Positions 20,803 to 33,048 are shown, counted from the stretch's first letter. The stretch: 64,000 nucleotides of DNA from Ignavibacteriota bacterium (GCA_963727825.1 CAVSHO010000001.1:192001-256000); one strand, 5' to 3'. Notes: generated by a model from the sequence alone, not told the origin. Translations and numbers: made by a program.

Positions 20803-22071
20803 ATGGATTACATTGCCTATAAGGAAAACATTCTGTACTGCGAAGATATTCCGCTAAGCGAATTGGCTGAAGAGTACGGAACGCCGCTGTACGTGTACAG
20901 TAAAAACCGCATTATAGAAAAATATCGTTCTTTTGTTGGTGCATTGGGAGACGTTAGGTATCAAGTGTGCTATGCACTGAAGGCGAATGCCAATCATCAT
21001 ATATTAAAATTGCTTGCTACTGAAGGCGCGGGAGCGGATGTGGTTTCTGCAGGGGAATTATATTTGGCATTGAAAGCCGGGTTTTATCCAGAAAAAATTG
21101 TATTTGCAGGCGTGGGGAAACGAGAAGATGAAATCGAATTTGCATTAAAACAGAATATTTTTTCCTTCAATGTTGAGTCGGTATCAGAGTTACATACAAT
21201 TTCACGTGCAGCGCTGCGTGTAGGAAAGAAAGCTCGCATTTCACTACGCATTAATCCAGATATTGATGCACAAAGTCATCCGTACATCACTACTGGTTTG
21301 CAGTCGAGCAAGTTCGGAATTGAAGCATCGAAGGCGATAGAAGTGTACACGTATGCTGCAACGTTGTCGTCTTTGGAATTAGTGGGTATTCACACGCACA
21401 TTGGTTCACAAATCACGAAGGTAGAGCCGTTTGTTGCAACAGCTAACTATATTGTCGGGTTAGTCGGAAAATTACATGAAGCCGGTATCAATTTAACACA
21501 TATTGACTTTGGAGGCGGTTTTGGCGTTCAATACATTAATGTTGTTTCGCATGAGGCGATCCCACAAGAGGAAACATCGAACAACATCGTGCCAATTACT
21601 ACGGAATTTATTAAGGCGGTACTACCCATCCTGCAGACAACAGGTTGTTCTATCTGGATCGAACCTGGCCGTTCAATTATTGCAGATGCCGGCGTTTTGA
21701 TTACTCGTGTTATCTCCACAAAAGAAAATGCGATAAAGAAATTTGTCATTGTGGATAGTGGTATGAATGATTTAATACGACCCAGTCTCTATCAAGCGTA
21801 CCATCAAATTGTTCCTCTATCCATCAATACATACGAGAATGAAAAGGTGGATGTTGTAGGTCCAATCTGCGAGAGCGCCGATTTTTTTGCTCGGGATCGA
21901 TTGCTTGCAAAAAGCAATGCCGGAGATTATCTTGCGGTACTTACAACTGGCGCATATGGTTTTGTTTTAAGTTCTAATTACAATGGCCGGCCTCGTCCCG
22001 CAGAAATTCTTGTTATTGGAGATCGCGTTCGTATCATCCGCCCCCGACAGACTTTGGAAGAGTTGGAATAA
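20803..22071 (+). CDS. lysA: Diaminopimelate decarboxylase
   Basis: YALKAN, SKFGI, HIGSQ, DFGGGFG, EPGRSI, GPICES.D, GAYG...SSNYN. Confidence 0.97.
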   Translation: MDYIAYKENILYCEDIPLSELAEEYGTPLYVYSKNRIIEKYRSFVGALGDVRYQVCYALKANANHHILKLLATEGAGADVVSAGELYLALKAGFYPEKIVFAGVGKREDEIEFALKQNIFSFNVESVSELHTISRAALRVGKKARISLRINPDIDAQSHPYITTGLQSSKFGIEASKAIEVYTYAATLSSLELVGIHTHIGSQITKVEPFVATANYIVGLVGKLHEAGINLTHIDFGGGFGVQYINVVSHEAIPQEETSNNIVPITTEFIKAVLPILQTTGCSIWIEPGRSIIADAGVLITRVISTKENAIKKFVIVDSGMNDLIRPSLYQAYHQIVPLSINTYENEKVDVVGPICESADFFARDRLLAKSNAGDYLAVLTTGAYGFVLSSNYNGRPRPAEILVIGDRVRIIRPRQTLEELE

Positions 22072-22217
22072 TCGTTATTTTAATTTAATTCGAACATTAT
22101 TCCTATTCTATTTTTAATGATTATTCTTTTCGCTGATAATTCCATGGGTTTTTCTCGCAAAACTGCTAATTCTATTTATAGTCGATCATTTATCTTTCTT
22201 ACTTTATTTGTGAAATT

Positions 22218-22706
22218 ATGAATGAAATACTAAAAAACAATCTCGAAAGAATGATACAACTTGCAGAAGAATTCTTTGCGGCAAAAAACGATCCTTCACA
22301 AATTTCTGTTAATGGGAAGGTGATGCTCAGACTCAAAAATATTCATCCGGATACAATAACAGAGAAACGCACAAGCAAGGGACCGATTGCCTGGATTTTG
22401 ATAATTCCAACTACACATAAATTAATGCGGCAGTTTATAACAAAAAAAATAAATGAAAAAGATTTGTATAAAAAAAATCCATTGCACGTAACGTATGATT
22501 CCATTTATTTATGTTCTGCATTAGTCCTTCCGGAATATCGAGGAAGAGGACTGGCAAAGAGCTTGATGGTAAAAGCGATCAAGTCCATTCAGAAGGATCA
22601 TCCAATTAAATGTCTCTTCTATTGGGGATTTAGCATTGAAGGGAAGAAATTAGCTGCATCAGTTGCTAAGGAGCTTTCCTTACCGTTATACAAACGTGCA
22701 AAATAA
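22218..22706 (+). CDS. Hypothetical protein with GNAT-like acetyl-CoA-binding motif
   Basis: 'SALVLPEYRGRGLAK'; AT-rich. Confidence 0.6.
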   Translation: MNEILKNNLERMIQLAEEFFAAKNDPSQISVNGKVMLRLKNIHPDTITEKRTSKGPIAWILIIPTTHKLMRQFITKKINEKDLYKKNPLHVTYDSIYLCSALVLPEYRGRGLAKSLMVKAIKSIQKDHPIKCLFYWGFSIEGKKLAASVAKELSLPLYKRAK

Positions 22707-22809
22707 TTCAATTCGATGATATACTGAATTGTTTATTGTTGTCTTCTTTTAATAATCGTTCGGTTTTTGTATATTTTATAAATCAAATACAATACGTTAT
22801 GGCAGAATT

Positions 22810-24495
22810 ATGACAACGAACGAGAAAAACGATTTTATCCGCGAGATCATTGATGAAGATCTCAAAACCAATAAGTTTGAAGGACGCGTGCATACGCGCT
22901 TCCCGCCCGAACCAAACGGTTACCTTCACATCGGTCATGCCAAATCCATTCGCTTGAATTATGGAATTGCCAAAGACTACAATGGCAAATTCAATCTTCG
23001 GTTTGATGACACCAATCCTGAGAAAGAGGAACAGGAATATGTTGATTCAATTATCGAGGATGTGAAATGGTTGGGAGGCGATTTTGAAGACCGCCTTTTC
23101 TATGCTTCGGATTATTTTAATCAGATGTACCAATATGCTATCGCTCTCATCAAAAAAGGAAAAGCGTACGTGTGCGATCTTTCCGCTGATGAAATCCGTG
23201 CAACACGCGGAACGTTAACAGAACCCGGTAAAGAAAGTCCTTACAGAAATAGAAATGTTGAAGATAATCTTGATTTATTTGAACGAATGCGCAAAGGAGA
23301 AATTCCAGATGGAACAAAAACCTTGCGCGCAAAAATTGATATGGCTTCACCGAATATAAATCTTCGTGATCCGATAATGTATAGGATTATTCATGAGGAA
23401 CACCACCGGCAGGGAAACAATTGGTGCGTCTATCCAACGTATGATTGGGCACATGGCATAGAGGATTCCATCGAAGGAATCACGCATTCCATCTGCACAC
23501 TCGAGTTTGAAAATCATCGGCCGCTGTACGATTGGTATATAAATGAGTTGGGTATCTATCATCCTCAGCAAATCGAGTTTGCGCGATTAAATATTACGTA
23601 CACAGTTTTGAGTAAAAGAAGATTACTTCAGCTTGTTCAAGAAAGACATGTCTCCGGGTGGGACGATCCGCGCATGCCTACTATTGTTGGTTACCGACGC
23701 CGCGGTTACACTTCTGATTCAATAAAAATATTCTGCGATAAGATTGGTGTCTCTAAGAAAGACAGCATCATCGATGTAGCAATGTTAGAGTGGAGTATTC
23801 GCGAGGATTTAAATAAACACGCCCAACGTGCAATGGCCGTGCTGAATCCTGTTAAAATTGTTATCACGAATTATCCGGAAGATAAAGTGGAAGAACTGCC
23901 GGCTGTGAATAATCCCGAAGATGAATCAGCAGGAACTCGAATGATCCCATTTGGCCGGGAATTGTATATCGAGCAGGATGATTTTCGCGAAGTACCGCCG
24001 CCAAAATATTACAGACTTTCTCCGGGCACTGAAGTTCGATTGCGTTATGCATACATTATCAAATGTGAGAAGGTGATTAAAGATTCAAAGGGGAACGTTG
24101 CAGAAATTCATTGCACTTATGACCCGACAACAAAGAGTGGAGAACCGGGCGCCGCTCGGAAAGTAAAATCAACAATCCACTGGGTATCTGCAAAGGATGC
24201 ATTAAATGCAGAAGTGAGATTATATGATAGGCTCTTCATCAAAGAGAATCCCGATGATGTTGAAGAAGGAAAGGATTTTCTTTCCAATCTCAATCCGAAT
24301 TCTTTGCAGGTGCTTACTCATTGCAAAGTGGAACCAATGCTTGGCGCAGCATCGCCGGGAGACCGTTTTCAGTTTGAACGAACAGGATACTTTTGTGCCG
24401 ACGCAAAGGATTCCAAGTTGGGTGCGCCGGTCTTCAATCGTATTGTCACGTTGAAGGATACATGGGCGAAGATTGTACAGCAAGGAAAGAAGTAA
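22810..24495 (+). CDS. glnS: Glutamine--tRNA ligase
   Basis: [48 protein letters not shown]. Confidence 0.97.
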   Translation: MTTNEKNDFIREIIDEDLKTNKFEGRVHTRFPPEPNGYLHIGHAKSIRLNYGIAKDYNGKFNLRFDDTNPEKEEQEYVDSIIEDVKWLGGDFEDRLFYASDYFNQMYQYAIALIKKGKAYVCDLSADEIRATRGTLTEPGKESPYRNRNVEDNLDLFERMRKGEIPDGTKTLRAKIDMASPNINLRDPIMYRIIHEEHHRQGNNWCVYPTYDWAHGIEDSIEGITHSICTLEFENHRPLYDWYINELGIYHPQQIEFARLNITYTVLSKRRLLQLVQERHVSGWDDPRMPTIVGYRRRGYTSDSIKIFCDKIGVSKKDSIIDVAMLEWSIREDLNKHAQRAMAVLNPVKIVITNYPEDKVEELPAVNNPEDESAGTRMIPFGRELYIEQDDFREVPPPKYYRLSPGTEVRLRYAYIIKCEKVIKDSKGNVAEIHCTYDPTTKSGEPGAARKVKSTIHWVSAKDALNAEVRLYDRLFIKENPDDVEEGKDFLSNLNPNSLQVLTHCKVEPMLGAASPGDRFQFERTGYFCADAKDSKLGAPVFNRIVTLKDTWAKIVQQGKK

Positions 24496-24625
24496 ATATG
24501 GTGATTTAAAATGACGCCTTAGAAAGTACGTTCACAAGAGTTTTTCATTTACCCGCTTGTTATCCCTTACCGAATTCAGCAAGAAAATGGTTGTTTGTAT
24601 AAAAAGCAAAAATCTATCTCTACTT

Positions 24626-25336
24626 CTATAGTGATTTGGATCGAGGTTCTTCTTCAACATTCATCCGATAACCAATACCGGATTCAGTTAAAAAGATTTT
24701 AGGATTTGTCGGATCGGTTTCAATTTTTTTTCGCAATTGTCCAACGTACACACGAGTGTACTGTGCTTCTTCTGCAAATGATGGCCCCCAGACTTGTTCC
24801 AAAATAAACCGGTGAGTCAAGACGCGTCCCGCGTTTCGTATAAAGAGTGCCAGCAGCGAATATTCTATCGCGGTAAGCTTGACAATTTCTTCTCCTTTTT
24901 TCACGATGCGTGCTGATAAATCAACAGTAAGGTTGTGAGAAGTAAAGACGTCTTTTTCCTGCACAGTCGGACGGTGACGAAGAGCCGTTCGTACGCGCGC
25001 GAGCAATTCTCCGGTACGAAATGGCTTAATAAGATAATCATCGGCACCGGCATTCAAGCAGGAAATAATATCGCTTTCTGTATTGCGCACAGAAAGGATA
25101 ATCACGGGAAGAGCCGCCCACTCTCGAATCCGTTTCAGCACGGTAAGCCCATCCAAATCCGGCAAACCGAGGTCAAGTATGATGAGTTCCGGCCGCTCTG
25201 TTCCAGCCATAACAACCCCTTCATTCCCTGTTTTAGCAAATTTCAAACGATACCCGTTTGGTTCAAGAGTCAATTGGAGTAATCGGCGAATTTGGATTTC
25301 GTCGTCCACGACGAGAATGATCGGTTCAGTACTCAT
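24626..25336 (-). CDS. kdpE: Response regulator KdpE
   Basis: OmpR-family receiver plus winged helix; 'RVYVGQLRKKIE.DP..P...LTE.GIGYR'; follows kdpD. Confidence 0.93.
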   Translation of the reverse strand: MSTEPIILVVDDEIQIRRLLQLTLEPNGYRLKFAKTGNEGVVMAGTERPELIILDLGLPDLDGLTVLKRIREWAALPVIILSVRNTESDIISCLNAGADDYLIKPFRTGELLARVRTALRHRPTVQEKDVFTSHNLTVDLSARIVKKGEEIVKLTAIEYSLLALFIRNAGRVLTHRFILEQVWGPSFAEEAQYTRVYVGQLRKKIETDPTNPKIFLTESGIGYRMNVEEEPRSKSL

Positions 25337-28001
25337 ATCTTTTCTGGTATGCTTTCTATCGGAAGTTCGATCGTAAACTCTGCACCGCCAGATGTTCTAT
25401 TGCGGACGGAGAGTGTGCCGCGATGAGCTTCTATAAATCCTTTTGCAATAGGAAGGCCTAACCCGGTGCCACCTGATGCCGTGCCTTCTGCGCGGTAAAA
25501 TTTTTCGAATACTCTTTTAAATCTGCTGTCGGGACACCCGTTCCATGATCAGCCACAGTGATGATACACCGGTCCTCATCGATACGCGCATTGATTTCAA
25601 TCGCTGTTCCATCGGGAGTGTGAATGGAAGCATTGTAAATAAGATTTGTCAGTGCTTGTTCCATCAACCCAAAATCCAGTTTCACCAGCGGAAGCCCTTC
25701 CTGCACTTCTATTGTTATAGGATGATGAACAAGTTCTTGTTCAAGGCCTCTCACAGTAACATTGATAATGTCACGAACATCACACCAGTCCAGTTTGGGT
25801 TGAATCATTCCAGATTCAAGCCGTGTCATATCCAACAAGTTTGCAACGAGGCGATTGAGACGTTCTGCTGCGACGTGAATTTCTGTGCTCAGTTCTTTTA
25901 TTGTCCCGACAGCATCCGATTCTTGTCCAGCAAGCAAGTTTTCCGACGCGCCCATGATGGCGGCGATGGGTGTCCTCAATTCGTGCGAGATGGAATTGAA
26001 CAGCGTTTTGTAGAGTCGCTCCGATTCTGCCACCGCAATGGATTTCTTAGTAACTTCATTCAATAATTCCCGTTCGACCGCTGATGCAATCTGTGCAATA
26101 AAATTCTCAAGCAGAGTTTCGTAATCGATTGTCATTTTTTCATCGCGCTGCGGTTTTACACCAATCACCCCGAGCGGATAGCGCGGTCCGGACATGGAAA
26201 AGTATGTTGCCTGCGCAAAGGGAAGCGTGTCGGTATGTTTGCCGGCTTTCTTTTCGTTCCAGTACGTCCATGCCGCAACACTCGATTCCTTTTCATCCGG
26301 CATCCACGAGCTCGCTGTATGCGGCTTATGGTTAATATCCCCATCCGCATCACCAAGAAAGACTGCAACATCAGCATTGAAAAATTTTTTAATATTCAGA
26401 ACTGCAGCAGTTATGACCTCGTCTTGCGAATGCGACGACGAAAGATCTTTGGTCAAAGCAAAGAGCGCCGAAGACCTCATTTCACGCTGCCGGACTGCCT
26501 TTTCTCGCTCCCTCACTCGCGCAGACAACGTTCCGGTGACTACTGCAACAAGGAAGAACATTGCAAGCATCAATACGTCTTCTACATGACCGACAGAAAA
26601 AGTAAAGATGGGAGGGATGAATAGATAATCCCACGCCAAGGCACCGAATGCGGCACCGACAAACACCGGGCCGCGTCCCATACGCAACGGGAGGAGCGAT
26701 ACTGTAAAGAGAATAATGAGTGAAACTGTTCGATACCCCACAAAGGATGTAAATGGAAAACAAGCGAGTGCGACACTCAGAACGATAAATGGGGCCAATA
26801 CGTACTGAGGAAGGCCGGATTGGATATTCGGAATTCGGTACACACTGGGCTGCGGTTTCTCTCCTTCTTCATGTCCAACAATGTAAATATCGATATCTTG
26901 ACTTCGTTTCAGTAGGTTGTCAACAAGTCGCGATGTGCGAAAGAAAACTTGTCTTTTTGGTTTTCCGATCAGAATTTGTGTCGCATTTTGCTCGCGAGCT
27001 ACACGCAATAGCGCACCTGCGATATCTTCATCGGAAGTTGTGATAATCTCTGCATCAAGCTCCTTTGCAAGTTTGAAGTTCTTTGCGAGTTGTTCTGTTT
27101 CTTGTTCCGTTATCTTTGCCGAAGTTTCAACGTGGACGACAACCCAAGATGCATCCATGGTATACGAAATTCTGCGCGCCCATCGAATGACGGATAGTGA
27201 TTGCGGGTCAGCACTTATACCGACGATTAATCGTGTTCCGGATTTCCATGTTTGTGAAATCCGTTTCGTCTGTTTGTACTCTCGTAACTGTTGATCGACG
27301 CGTTCAGCCGTCAAACGGAGAGACATTTCTCTAAGAGCGGTGAGATTTCCTTTCCGGAAAAAATTCTCAATTGCGCGCTTCGAGCGTTCGGGAGTGTAAA
27401 CCTTGCCTTCTACAAGCCGTTTCAGGAGCTCATCCGGTGAAATATCTATCACTTCAACTTCATCTGCGGCTTCAAATATCGAATCAGGGACAGTTTCATG
27501 GACAATACTGCCGGTGATCTGCGCAACTGTTTCGGCACGGCTTTCGAGATGCTGAACATTTAGTGTGGTAAAGACATCAATGCCATTATCGAGCAACTCG
27601 AGCACATCCTGATACCGTTTTGTGTGCCGGCTTCCTGGTACGTTTGTGTGGGCAAGTTCATCCACAAGTACTAATTGTGGCTTTCTGGAAAGAATAGCAT
27701 CTAAATCCATCTCTTCAAGCATAGTCTCCCGGTACTCGAAAGTCTTTCTTGGAATAATCGGCAGATTCGAAAGAAGAGCTTCAGTTTCAGATCGTTTATG
27801 TGTTTCTACAAATCCAATAGCAACATCGAGACCTTTTAATAGAGCAACCTGAGCGTCTTTCAGCATATCGTACGTTTTCCCCACACCGGCGCACATGCCG
27901 AAGAATATTTTCAGCTTCCCCCTTTTTTCCTTTTCTTCTTCCTTTTTTATAAGGTGAAGGAGCGTATCGGGATCGGGACGTGTATCATTAGTTACTGGCA
28001 T
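25333..28001 (-). CDS. kdpD: Sensor histidine kinase KdpD; one frameshift near 25516
   Basis: KdpD domain (GVGKTY.ML, LVDELAHTN), Usp, 4 TM, SHELRTP; adding one A to the A4 run restores RVFEKFYR...GTGLGL ending in ATGA overlap with kdpE. Confidence 0.95.
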
Positions 28002-28094
28002 AGGGAAATATAGTCACATTCAAAATAAGATGCATCTAACTGCTTATTTCAGCTGAAAAACAGAGAGACGGTGTAATAATGTGCATACTAAATT

Positions 28095-28301
28095 TTATCG
28101 TGGGTACCAACTTTTCCAATCTAAATGGTCAGGTGTGTACTTAACCAGATAATCATGAGAAAGAAATCCTGCCAGGAATCCGATAAGAAGTGATAATACG
28201 ATAACAATTACCATGTGCTGAAATCGGGTTCTTCCTTCAGGTAATTCTTCTTCCACTAAATCTTTTTGTTCTTTCATATCCTCGATCCCCCTTCTTGGCA
28301 T
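28095..28301 (-). CDS. Small single-pass membrane protein between kdpB and kdpD
   Basis: One hydrophobic helix (IVIVLSLLIGFLAGFL); starts 2 nt after kdpB stop, or at MKEQ (28277). Confidence 0.55.
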   Translation of the reverse strand: MPRRGIEDMKEQKDLVEEELPEGRTRFQHMVIVIVLSLLIGFLAGFLSHDYLVKYTPDHLDWKSWYPR

Positions 28302-28303
28302 AA

Positions 28304-30406
28304 TTAAATAATCCTCATTGCTACCATCAGCATATCGATCAACTTGATGCCTATAAACGGAGCGATGACACCGCCGACTCCATAAATGAGCAAGTGTTTT
28401 CGAAGTAATTGCACCGCACTCATAGGCCGATATTTCACACCTTTCAACGCCAAGGGAATTAATGCCACAATGATTAACGCATTAAAGATGACTGCGGACA
28501 GAATGGCGCTTTCGGGCGTGGCAAGTTTCATAATATTTAATGCATTCAATACTGGATACGTGGTTGCAAATGCAGCGGGAATAATGGCAAAGTATTTTGC
28601 AACATCGTTTGCGATGCTGAATGTAGTAAGAGTTCCGCGTGTCATTAGAAGCTGCTTGCCGATTTCTACGATCTCCATCAGTTTTGTCGGATTGCTGTCG
28701 AGATCGATCATATTAGCAGCTTCACGCGCAGACTGCGTACCGGTATTCATTGCCACAGCGACGTCTGCTTGAGCGAGCGCCGGAGCGTCGTTAGTTCCAT
28801 CGCCGGTCATTGCGACGAGCCGTCCGCCTTTTTGATAATCACGAATCAATTTCAATTTATCTTCCGGCTTTGCTTCAGCAAGAAAATCATCTACACCGGC
28901 TTCAGCTGCGATGGCAGTTGCTGTCAAAGGATTATCGCCGGTGATCATGACTGTTTTAATTCCCATCTTGCGCAAGTGAGCAAACCGATCTTTAATTCCA
29001 CCTTTAACAATATCTTTCAAATGAATAACACCGAGTACTTCCTTGTTTTCGGCGACAACCAACGGAGTGGCACCGGCGCGACTGATATCCTGCACTGTCT
29101 GCTGGACTGCAGATGGAAACACGCCGCCCTGTTGTTCGATATAGAGTTTCATTGCCTCAGTAGCGCCTTTTCTGATAATCCGTTTACCATTTTTCCCTTC
29201 GGGCTGAATGTCAGCTCCGCTCATGCGCGTTTGTGCACTGAAGGGAACAAAATGTGCTGCAATCTCATGAATATCTCGACCGCGCAGGCCATATTTCTCT
29301 TTGGCAAGAATAACTATTGACCTGCCTTCTGGTGTTTCATCTGCAAGCGAGGCGAGCTGCGCTGCATCCGCTAAACGTTCTTTGGAAATTCCTGGTGCGG
29401 GAGTGAATTCCGTCGCCATTCGATTTCCGAGCGTTATCGTACCGGTCTTATCCAGCAGCAGAACATCGACATCGCCGGCAGCTTCAATAGCTCGCCCGGA
29501 AGTCGCTATCACATTATGCCGAATCATCCTGTCCATGCCGGCAATTCCGATTGCGGAAAGAAGTCCGCCGATCGTCGTAGGAATCAAACAGACAAGGAGG
29601 GCAACGAGCACTGTTACGGTAACAGGCGCTCCATGGCCTGCGACCTCAACACTAAACAGTGAAAAAGGAAGAAGTGTTACGCATACGATAAGAAAAATAA
29701 TGGTGAATGCGGCAAGCAAAATATTGAGAGCTATTTCATTTGGAGTTTTTTGCCGCTTGGCGCCTTCAATCAGATGTATCATTCTATCGAGGAAACCGCC
29801 ACCGGGTTCTATGGTCACACGAATAATCAGCCAATCGGAAAGTACGCGCGTACCTCCTGTGACTGCACTCCGATCACCACCGGATTCACGAATGACAGGG
29901 GCACTCTCGCCGGTAATCGCGCTTTCATCCACGGACGCGATGCCTTCCACTACCTCACCATCAGCTGCAATAATATCTCCAGCTTCAACAAGATAGATAT
30001 CTTCTTTTTGTAAATCTGTGGATGTGATGACATCAAAGGTCGAGTTCCGTTGAGGATTGTGCAGACGTTTTGCCGTTGTGTCCCGGCGTGAGCGGCGTAA
30101 TGCTTCCGCCTGCGCTTTTCCACGTCCTTCCGCCAATGCTTCAGAAAAGTTTGCGAAGAGAACCGTGAACCACAACCAAAGCGACACAAAACCAATGTAC
30201 CATGCCGGTGCTTCCCCAGTGCCGAATAATGCTTGAATCCATAATGCCGTTGTGAGGACACTTCCTACTTCCACTACAAACATCACGGGATTTCGTGCCA
30301 TCTTCCATGGATTTAATTTTCTTATGGAATCGATACATGCGCGAAGATACATTTCCCGATTCAATCCTAAAGGCTTTTTCAATTGCTGTGAATTCAAAGT
30401 TGCCAT
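28304..30406 (-). CDS. kdpB: K+-transporting ATPase subunit B
   Basis: DKTGT phosphorylation motif, [29 protein letters not shown]. Confidence 0.98.
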   Translation of the reverse strand: MATLNSQQLKKPLGLNREMYLRACIDSIRKLNPWKMARNPVMFVVEVGSVLTTALWIQALFGTGEAPAWYIGFVSLWLWFTVLFANFSEALAEGRGKAQAEALRRSRRDTTAKRLHNPQRNSTFDVITSTDLQKEDIYLVEAGDIIAADGEVVEGIASVDESAITGESAPVIRESGGDRSAVTGGTRVLSDWLIIRVTIEPGGGFLDRMIHLIEGAKRQKTPNEIALNILLAAFTIIFLIVCVTLLPFSLFSVEVAGHGAPVTVTVLVALLVCLIPTTIGGLLSAIGIAGMDRMIRHNVIATSGRAIEAAGDVDVLLLDKTGTITLGNRMATEFTPAPGISKERLADAAQLASLADETPEGRSIVILAKEKYGLRGRDIHEIAAHFVPFSAQTRMSGADIQPEGKNGKRIIRKGATEAMKLYIEQQGGVFPSAVQQTVQDISRAGATPLVVAENKEVLGVIHLKDIVKGGIKDRFAHLRKMGIKTVMITGDNPLTATAIAAEAGVDDFLAEAKPEDKLKLIRDYQKGGRLVAMTGDGTNDAPALAQADVAVAMNTGTQSAREAANMIDLDSNPTKLMEIVEIGKQLLMTRGTLTTFSIANDVAKYFAIIPAAFATTYPVLNALNIMKLATPESAILSAVIFNALIIVALIPLALKGVKYRPMSAVQLLRKHLLIYGVGGVIAPFIGIKLIDMLMVAMRII

Positions 30407-30427
30407 TCTATAATTTCCTTCTTTCTA

Positions 30428-32170
30428 CTAATGTATCATCAATAAATGTTCAACGATCGGGCCGAGCGCGAGAGCTGGCAAGAAATTTAATGCACCAACA
30501 ATCAAGACTACTGCGATAAGCCAGAAAATAAACAATGGCGTATGTGTCGGTAATGTTCCTTCAGATGCAGGAACCAGTTTCTTTTTGACAAGAGAGCCTG
30601 CGAGCGCTAATGTTGGGACGGCAAGCCAATACCGGCCGATCAACATTGCCAATCCACCAGTGAGATTGTAAAATGGTGTGTTCACGTTTGCGCCGGCAAA
30701 AGCGCTTCCATTATTATTTGCTTGCGAAGTAAAGACATAGAGAATCTCACTAAATCCATGAGGACCGGGATTCATTATCCCCGCTTTTCCAGCAGCGGTG
30801 ACAACCGCAATTGCTGTAAGAACAAGAACCGTGATCGGCATAATGAGAATTAAGAGGGATGCCATTTTCATTTCGTACGCCTCAATTTTATGGCCAAGAT
30901 ATTCGGGTGTGCGGCCGACAAGTAATCCAGCCACGAATACAGCGACAATAACAAAGATCAGCATTCCGTAAAGTCCAGACCCAACCCCGCCGAAGACAAC
31001 TTCCCCAAGATGAAGCATAATGAGCGCTATCATTCCACCGAGCGGTGTGTAAGAATCGTGCATGGAATTCACGGAACCATTTGAAGCAGCTGTTGTTGCA
31101 GTTGCCCAAACGGCAGAATTAGGTATGCCGAACCGCACTTCCTTTCCCTCCATATTGCCGCCAGGATTGATGGAAGTCGATTGTTGATTTACCCCGAGTG
31201 CAGTGAGTTTCGGATTGCCTGAACCTTCAAGACTGTACATCCAAAACACTGCTACGACAAGTATCATCATCATAGCAGCAAAGATCGCCCACCCCTGGCG
31301 TGTATCCTTTACCATCTTACCAAATGTGTAACACAACGCCGCAGGTATGAGTAGAATTGCAAGCATCTCTAAGAAATCCGTCAGTGGTGTCGGATTCTCA
31401 TACGGATGAGCTGAATTGACGTTAAAAAAACCGCCGCCGTTTGTACCCAGTTGCTTAATAGCAATCTGAGATGCCACAGGCCCCATTGCTAGAACTTGGT
31501 CTGTTACTTTCACACCGCTGGTGTCGGCTGTTACCTGGAGAAAAGGTACTGAGACGTATGCAGAATTATTTTGGATAACTCCCTGCGAAACAAGTACAAG
31601 CGAGAAGATAATTGCAAGAGGTAGAAGTATATAAAGTGTACTGCGAGTCATATCCACCCAAAAATTTCCAAGGGTCTTTGCCGAGTGACGAGCGATTCCG
31701 CGAATGAAAAGTGCAAGCAGAGCCATTCCTGTTGCCGCTGAAACAAAATTTTGTACCGTCAGGCCGAGCATCTGCGTTAAGTAGCTCATGGTTGTCTCGC
31801 CACCATATCCTTGCCAGTTTGTATTAGAAGCAAAGCTGACGGCGGTATTGAATGAAGAATCTGGAGTAACGGCTGCCATTCCCTGAGGATTCAAGGGAAG
31901 AAATTGCTGCAAACGTTGCAACGCGTACACAAACAAAAAACCGACAAAATTAAAAAGAAGCATTGCGAGAGCATTTGCCTTCCAATCCATCTCCTCATCA
32001 GGGCTAATCTTTGCCAGACGATACAACAGGCGTTCCAGTGGACCGAGAACAGGATCGAGAAACGTTTTTTCCTGCTGGTACACGCGAGCCATAAATGTAC
32101 CAAGCGGTTTGGCAAGCAGCGTGAGTACCGCGATATAAAATGCAATCTGTAGGATTCCATTAGGTGTCAT
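30428..32170 (-). CDS. kdpA: K+-transporting ATPase subunit A
   Basis: NTNWQ.Y.GE, KQLGTNGGGF, SNGSVN.MHDS, NNGSAFAG. Confidence 0.98.
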   Translation of the reverse strand: MTPNGILQIAFYIAVLTLLAKPLGTFMARVYQQEKTFLDPVLGPLERLLYRLAKISPDEEMDWKANALAMLLFNFVGFLFVYALQRLQQFLPLNPQGMAAVTPDSSFNTAVSFASNTNWQGYGGETTMSYLTQMLGLTVQNFVSAATGMALLALFIRGIARHSAKTLGNFWVDMTRSTLYILLPLAIIFSLVLVSQGVIQNNSAYVSVPFLQVTADTSGVKVTDQVLAMGPVASQIAIKQLGTNGGGFFNVNSAHPYENPTPLTDFLEMLAILLIPAALCYTFGKMVKDTRQGWAIFAAMMMILVVAVFWMYSLEGSGNPKLTALGVNQQSTSINPGGNMEGKEVRFGIPNSAVWATATTAASNGSVNSMHDSYTPLGGMIALIMLHLGEVVFGGVGSGLYGMLIFVIVAVFVAGLLVGRTPEYLGHKIEAYEMKMASLLILIMPITVLVLTAIAVVTAAGKAGIMNPGPHGFSEILYVFTSQANNNGSAFAGANVNTPFYNLTGGLAMLIGRYWLAVPTLALAGSLVKKKLVPASEGTLPTHTPLFIFWLIAVVLIVGALNFLPALALGPIVEHLLMIH

Positions 32171-32259
32171 TCGAATATCTCCGGTTTCAATAGTGCGACA
32201 AATAAATATGCGAAGAGGCCAATTGCTATAATTCCCGAAATGATATAGAGCCAGCTCAT
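32167..32259 (-). CDS. kdpF: KdpF peptide (MSWLYIISGIIAIGLFAYLFVALLKPEIFE)
   Basis: Hand-translated; 'YLFVALLKPE.F' signature, GGAG SD, ATGA overlap with kdpA. Confidence 0.9.
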   Translation of the reverse strand: MSWLYIISGIIAIGLFAYLFVALLKPEIFE

Positions 32260-32366
32260 AATTTCTCTCCTGTTTTATTTTCTCCCAGGACTTCGCACAT
32301 CTTTATAAGTCCCCAAGTGAGAATGAAAAATAAGATTGCGATACCAATATAAATGATGTCGTCCAT
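32256..32366 (-). CDS. Small hydrophobic Kdp-associated peptide (MDDIIYIGIAILFFILTWGLIKMCEVLGENKTGEKL)
   Basis: Hand-translated; GGAGG SD, single TM, ATGA overlap with kdpF. Confidence 0.8.
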   Translation of the reverse strand: MDDIIYIGIAILFFILTWGLIKMCEVLGENKTGEKL

Positions 32367-32368
32367 AA

Positions 32369-32965
32369 TTATTTTCCTCCTGATAACGATTGCATTTTAT
32401 CAAGTGCAAGATTCAACCTGAGAACATTCACACGAGGTTCTCCAAGAAATCCTAATTGTCTTCCTTCAGTGTATTGAACAACCAACGAATGAAGTTTATC
32501 CTGACTCAGATTTCTAATGCGTGCTACCCGCGGAAGCTGGTAAAGGGCAGCCGCGACACTGATGTGAGGATCAAGACCGCTTCCTGAAGACGTTACAATA
32601 TCTACCGGGACAGGCTGCGTGTTCGAGGAATCTACAGCTTTCAAGTCCTGAATTCTTTTCTTGACTCCATCGAGATATACCTGATTGATCGGTCCGTTAT
32701 TTGATCCTGATGATGCTGCGGCGTTATAAGGAAACGGACCTGTTGCCGATGGGCGGCTCCAAAAGTATTTCGAATCGCTAAATGGCTGGCCGATTAATTC
32801 AGATCCAAAAACTTTTCCATTATTTTTCAATAAGCTTCCATTAGCTTTTGAGGGAAAAACAAGCTGCGCAATTCTTGTGACAAGAAACGGATAGAACACG
32901 CCGGTGAGCACAGTGAAGAGCACGAGTGTGATAACAGACGTGCGAAGATATTTGAGCAACATCAT
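32369..32965 (-). CDS. kdpC: K+-transporting ATPase subunit C
   Basis: ANGSL, GSELIGQ.F, YFWSRPSA, SGSGLDPHIS, GEPRVNVL.LNLALD. Confidence 0.97.
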   Translation of the reverse strand: MMLLKYLRTSVITLVLFTVLTGVFYPFLVTRIAQLVFPSKANGSLLKNNGKVFGSELIGQPFSDSKYFWSRPSATGPFPYNAAASSGSNNGPINQVYLDGVKKRIQDLKAVDSSNTQPVPVDIVTSSGSGLDPHISVAAALYQLPRVARIRNLSQDKLHSLVVQYTEGRQLGFLGEPRVNVLRLNLALDKMQSLSGGK

Positions 32966-33048
32966 CGTGAATTTCTCCAATTGTCTTTTAGGATTTTTAG
33001 AATTGCATCTTTAAACAGAAGCGATGTGATGGTAAGTTTCGATATCAT
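32962..33048 (-). CDS. Putative 28-aa leader ORF (MISKLTITSLLFKDAILKILKDNWRNSR)
   Basis: AAGGAG SD; stop overlaps kdpC start (ATGA). Confidence 0.5.
   Translation of the reverse strand: MISKLTITSLLFKDAILKILKDNWRNSR

Noticed and set aside
28386-29996. Long plus-strand ORFs antisense to kdpB (and similar shadows over clpX, kdpD, coaBC)
   Set aside because: They are antisense shadows of conserved genes with no recognisable motifs.
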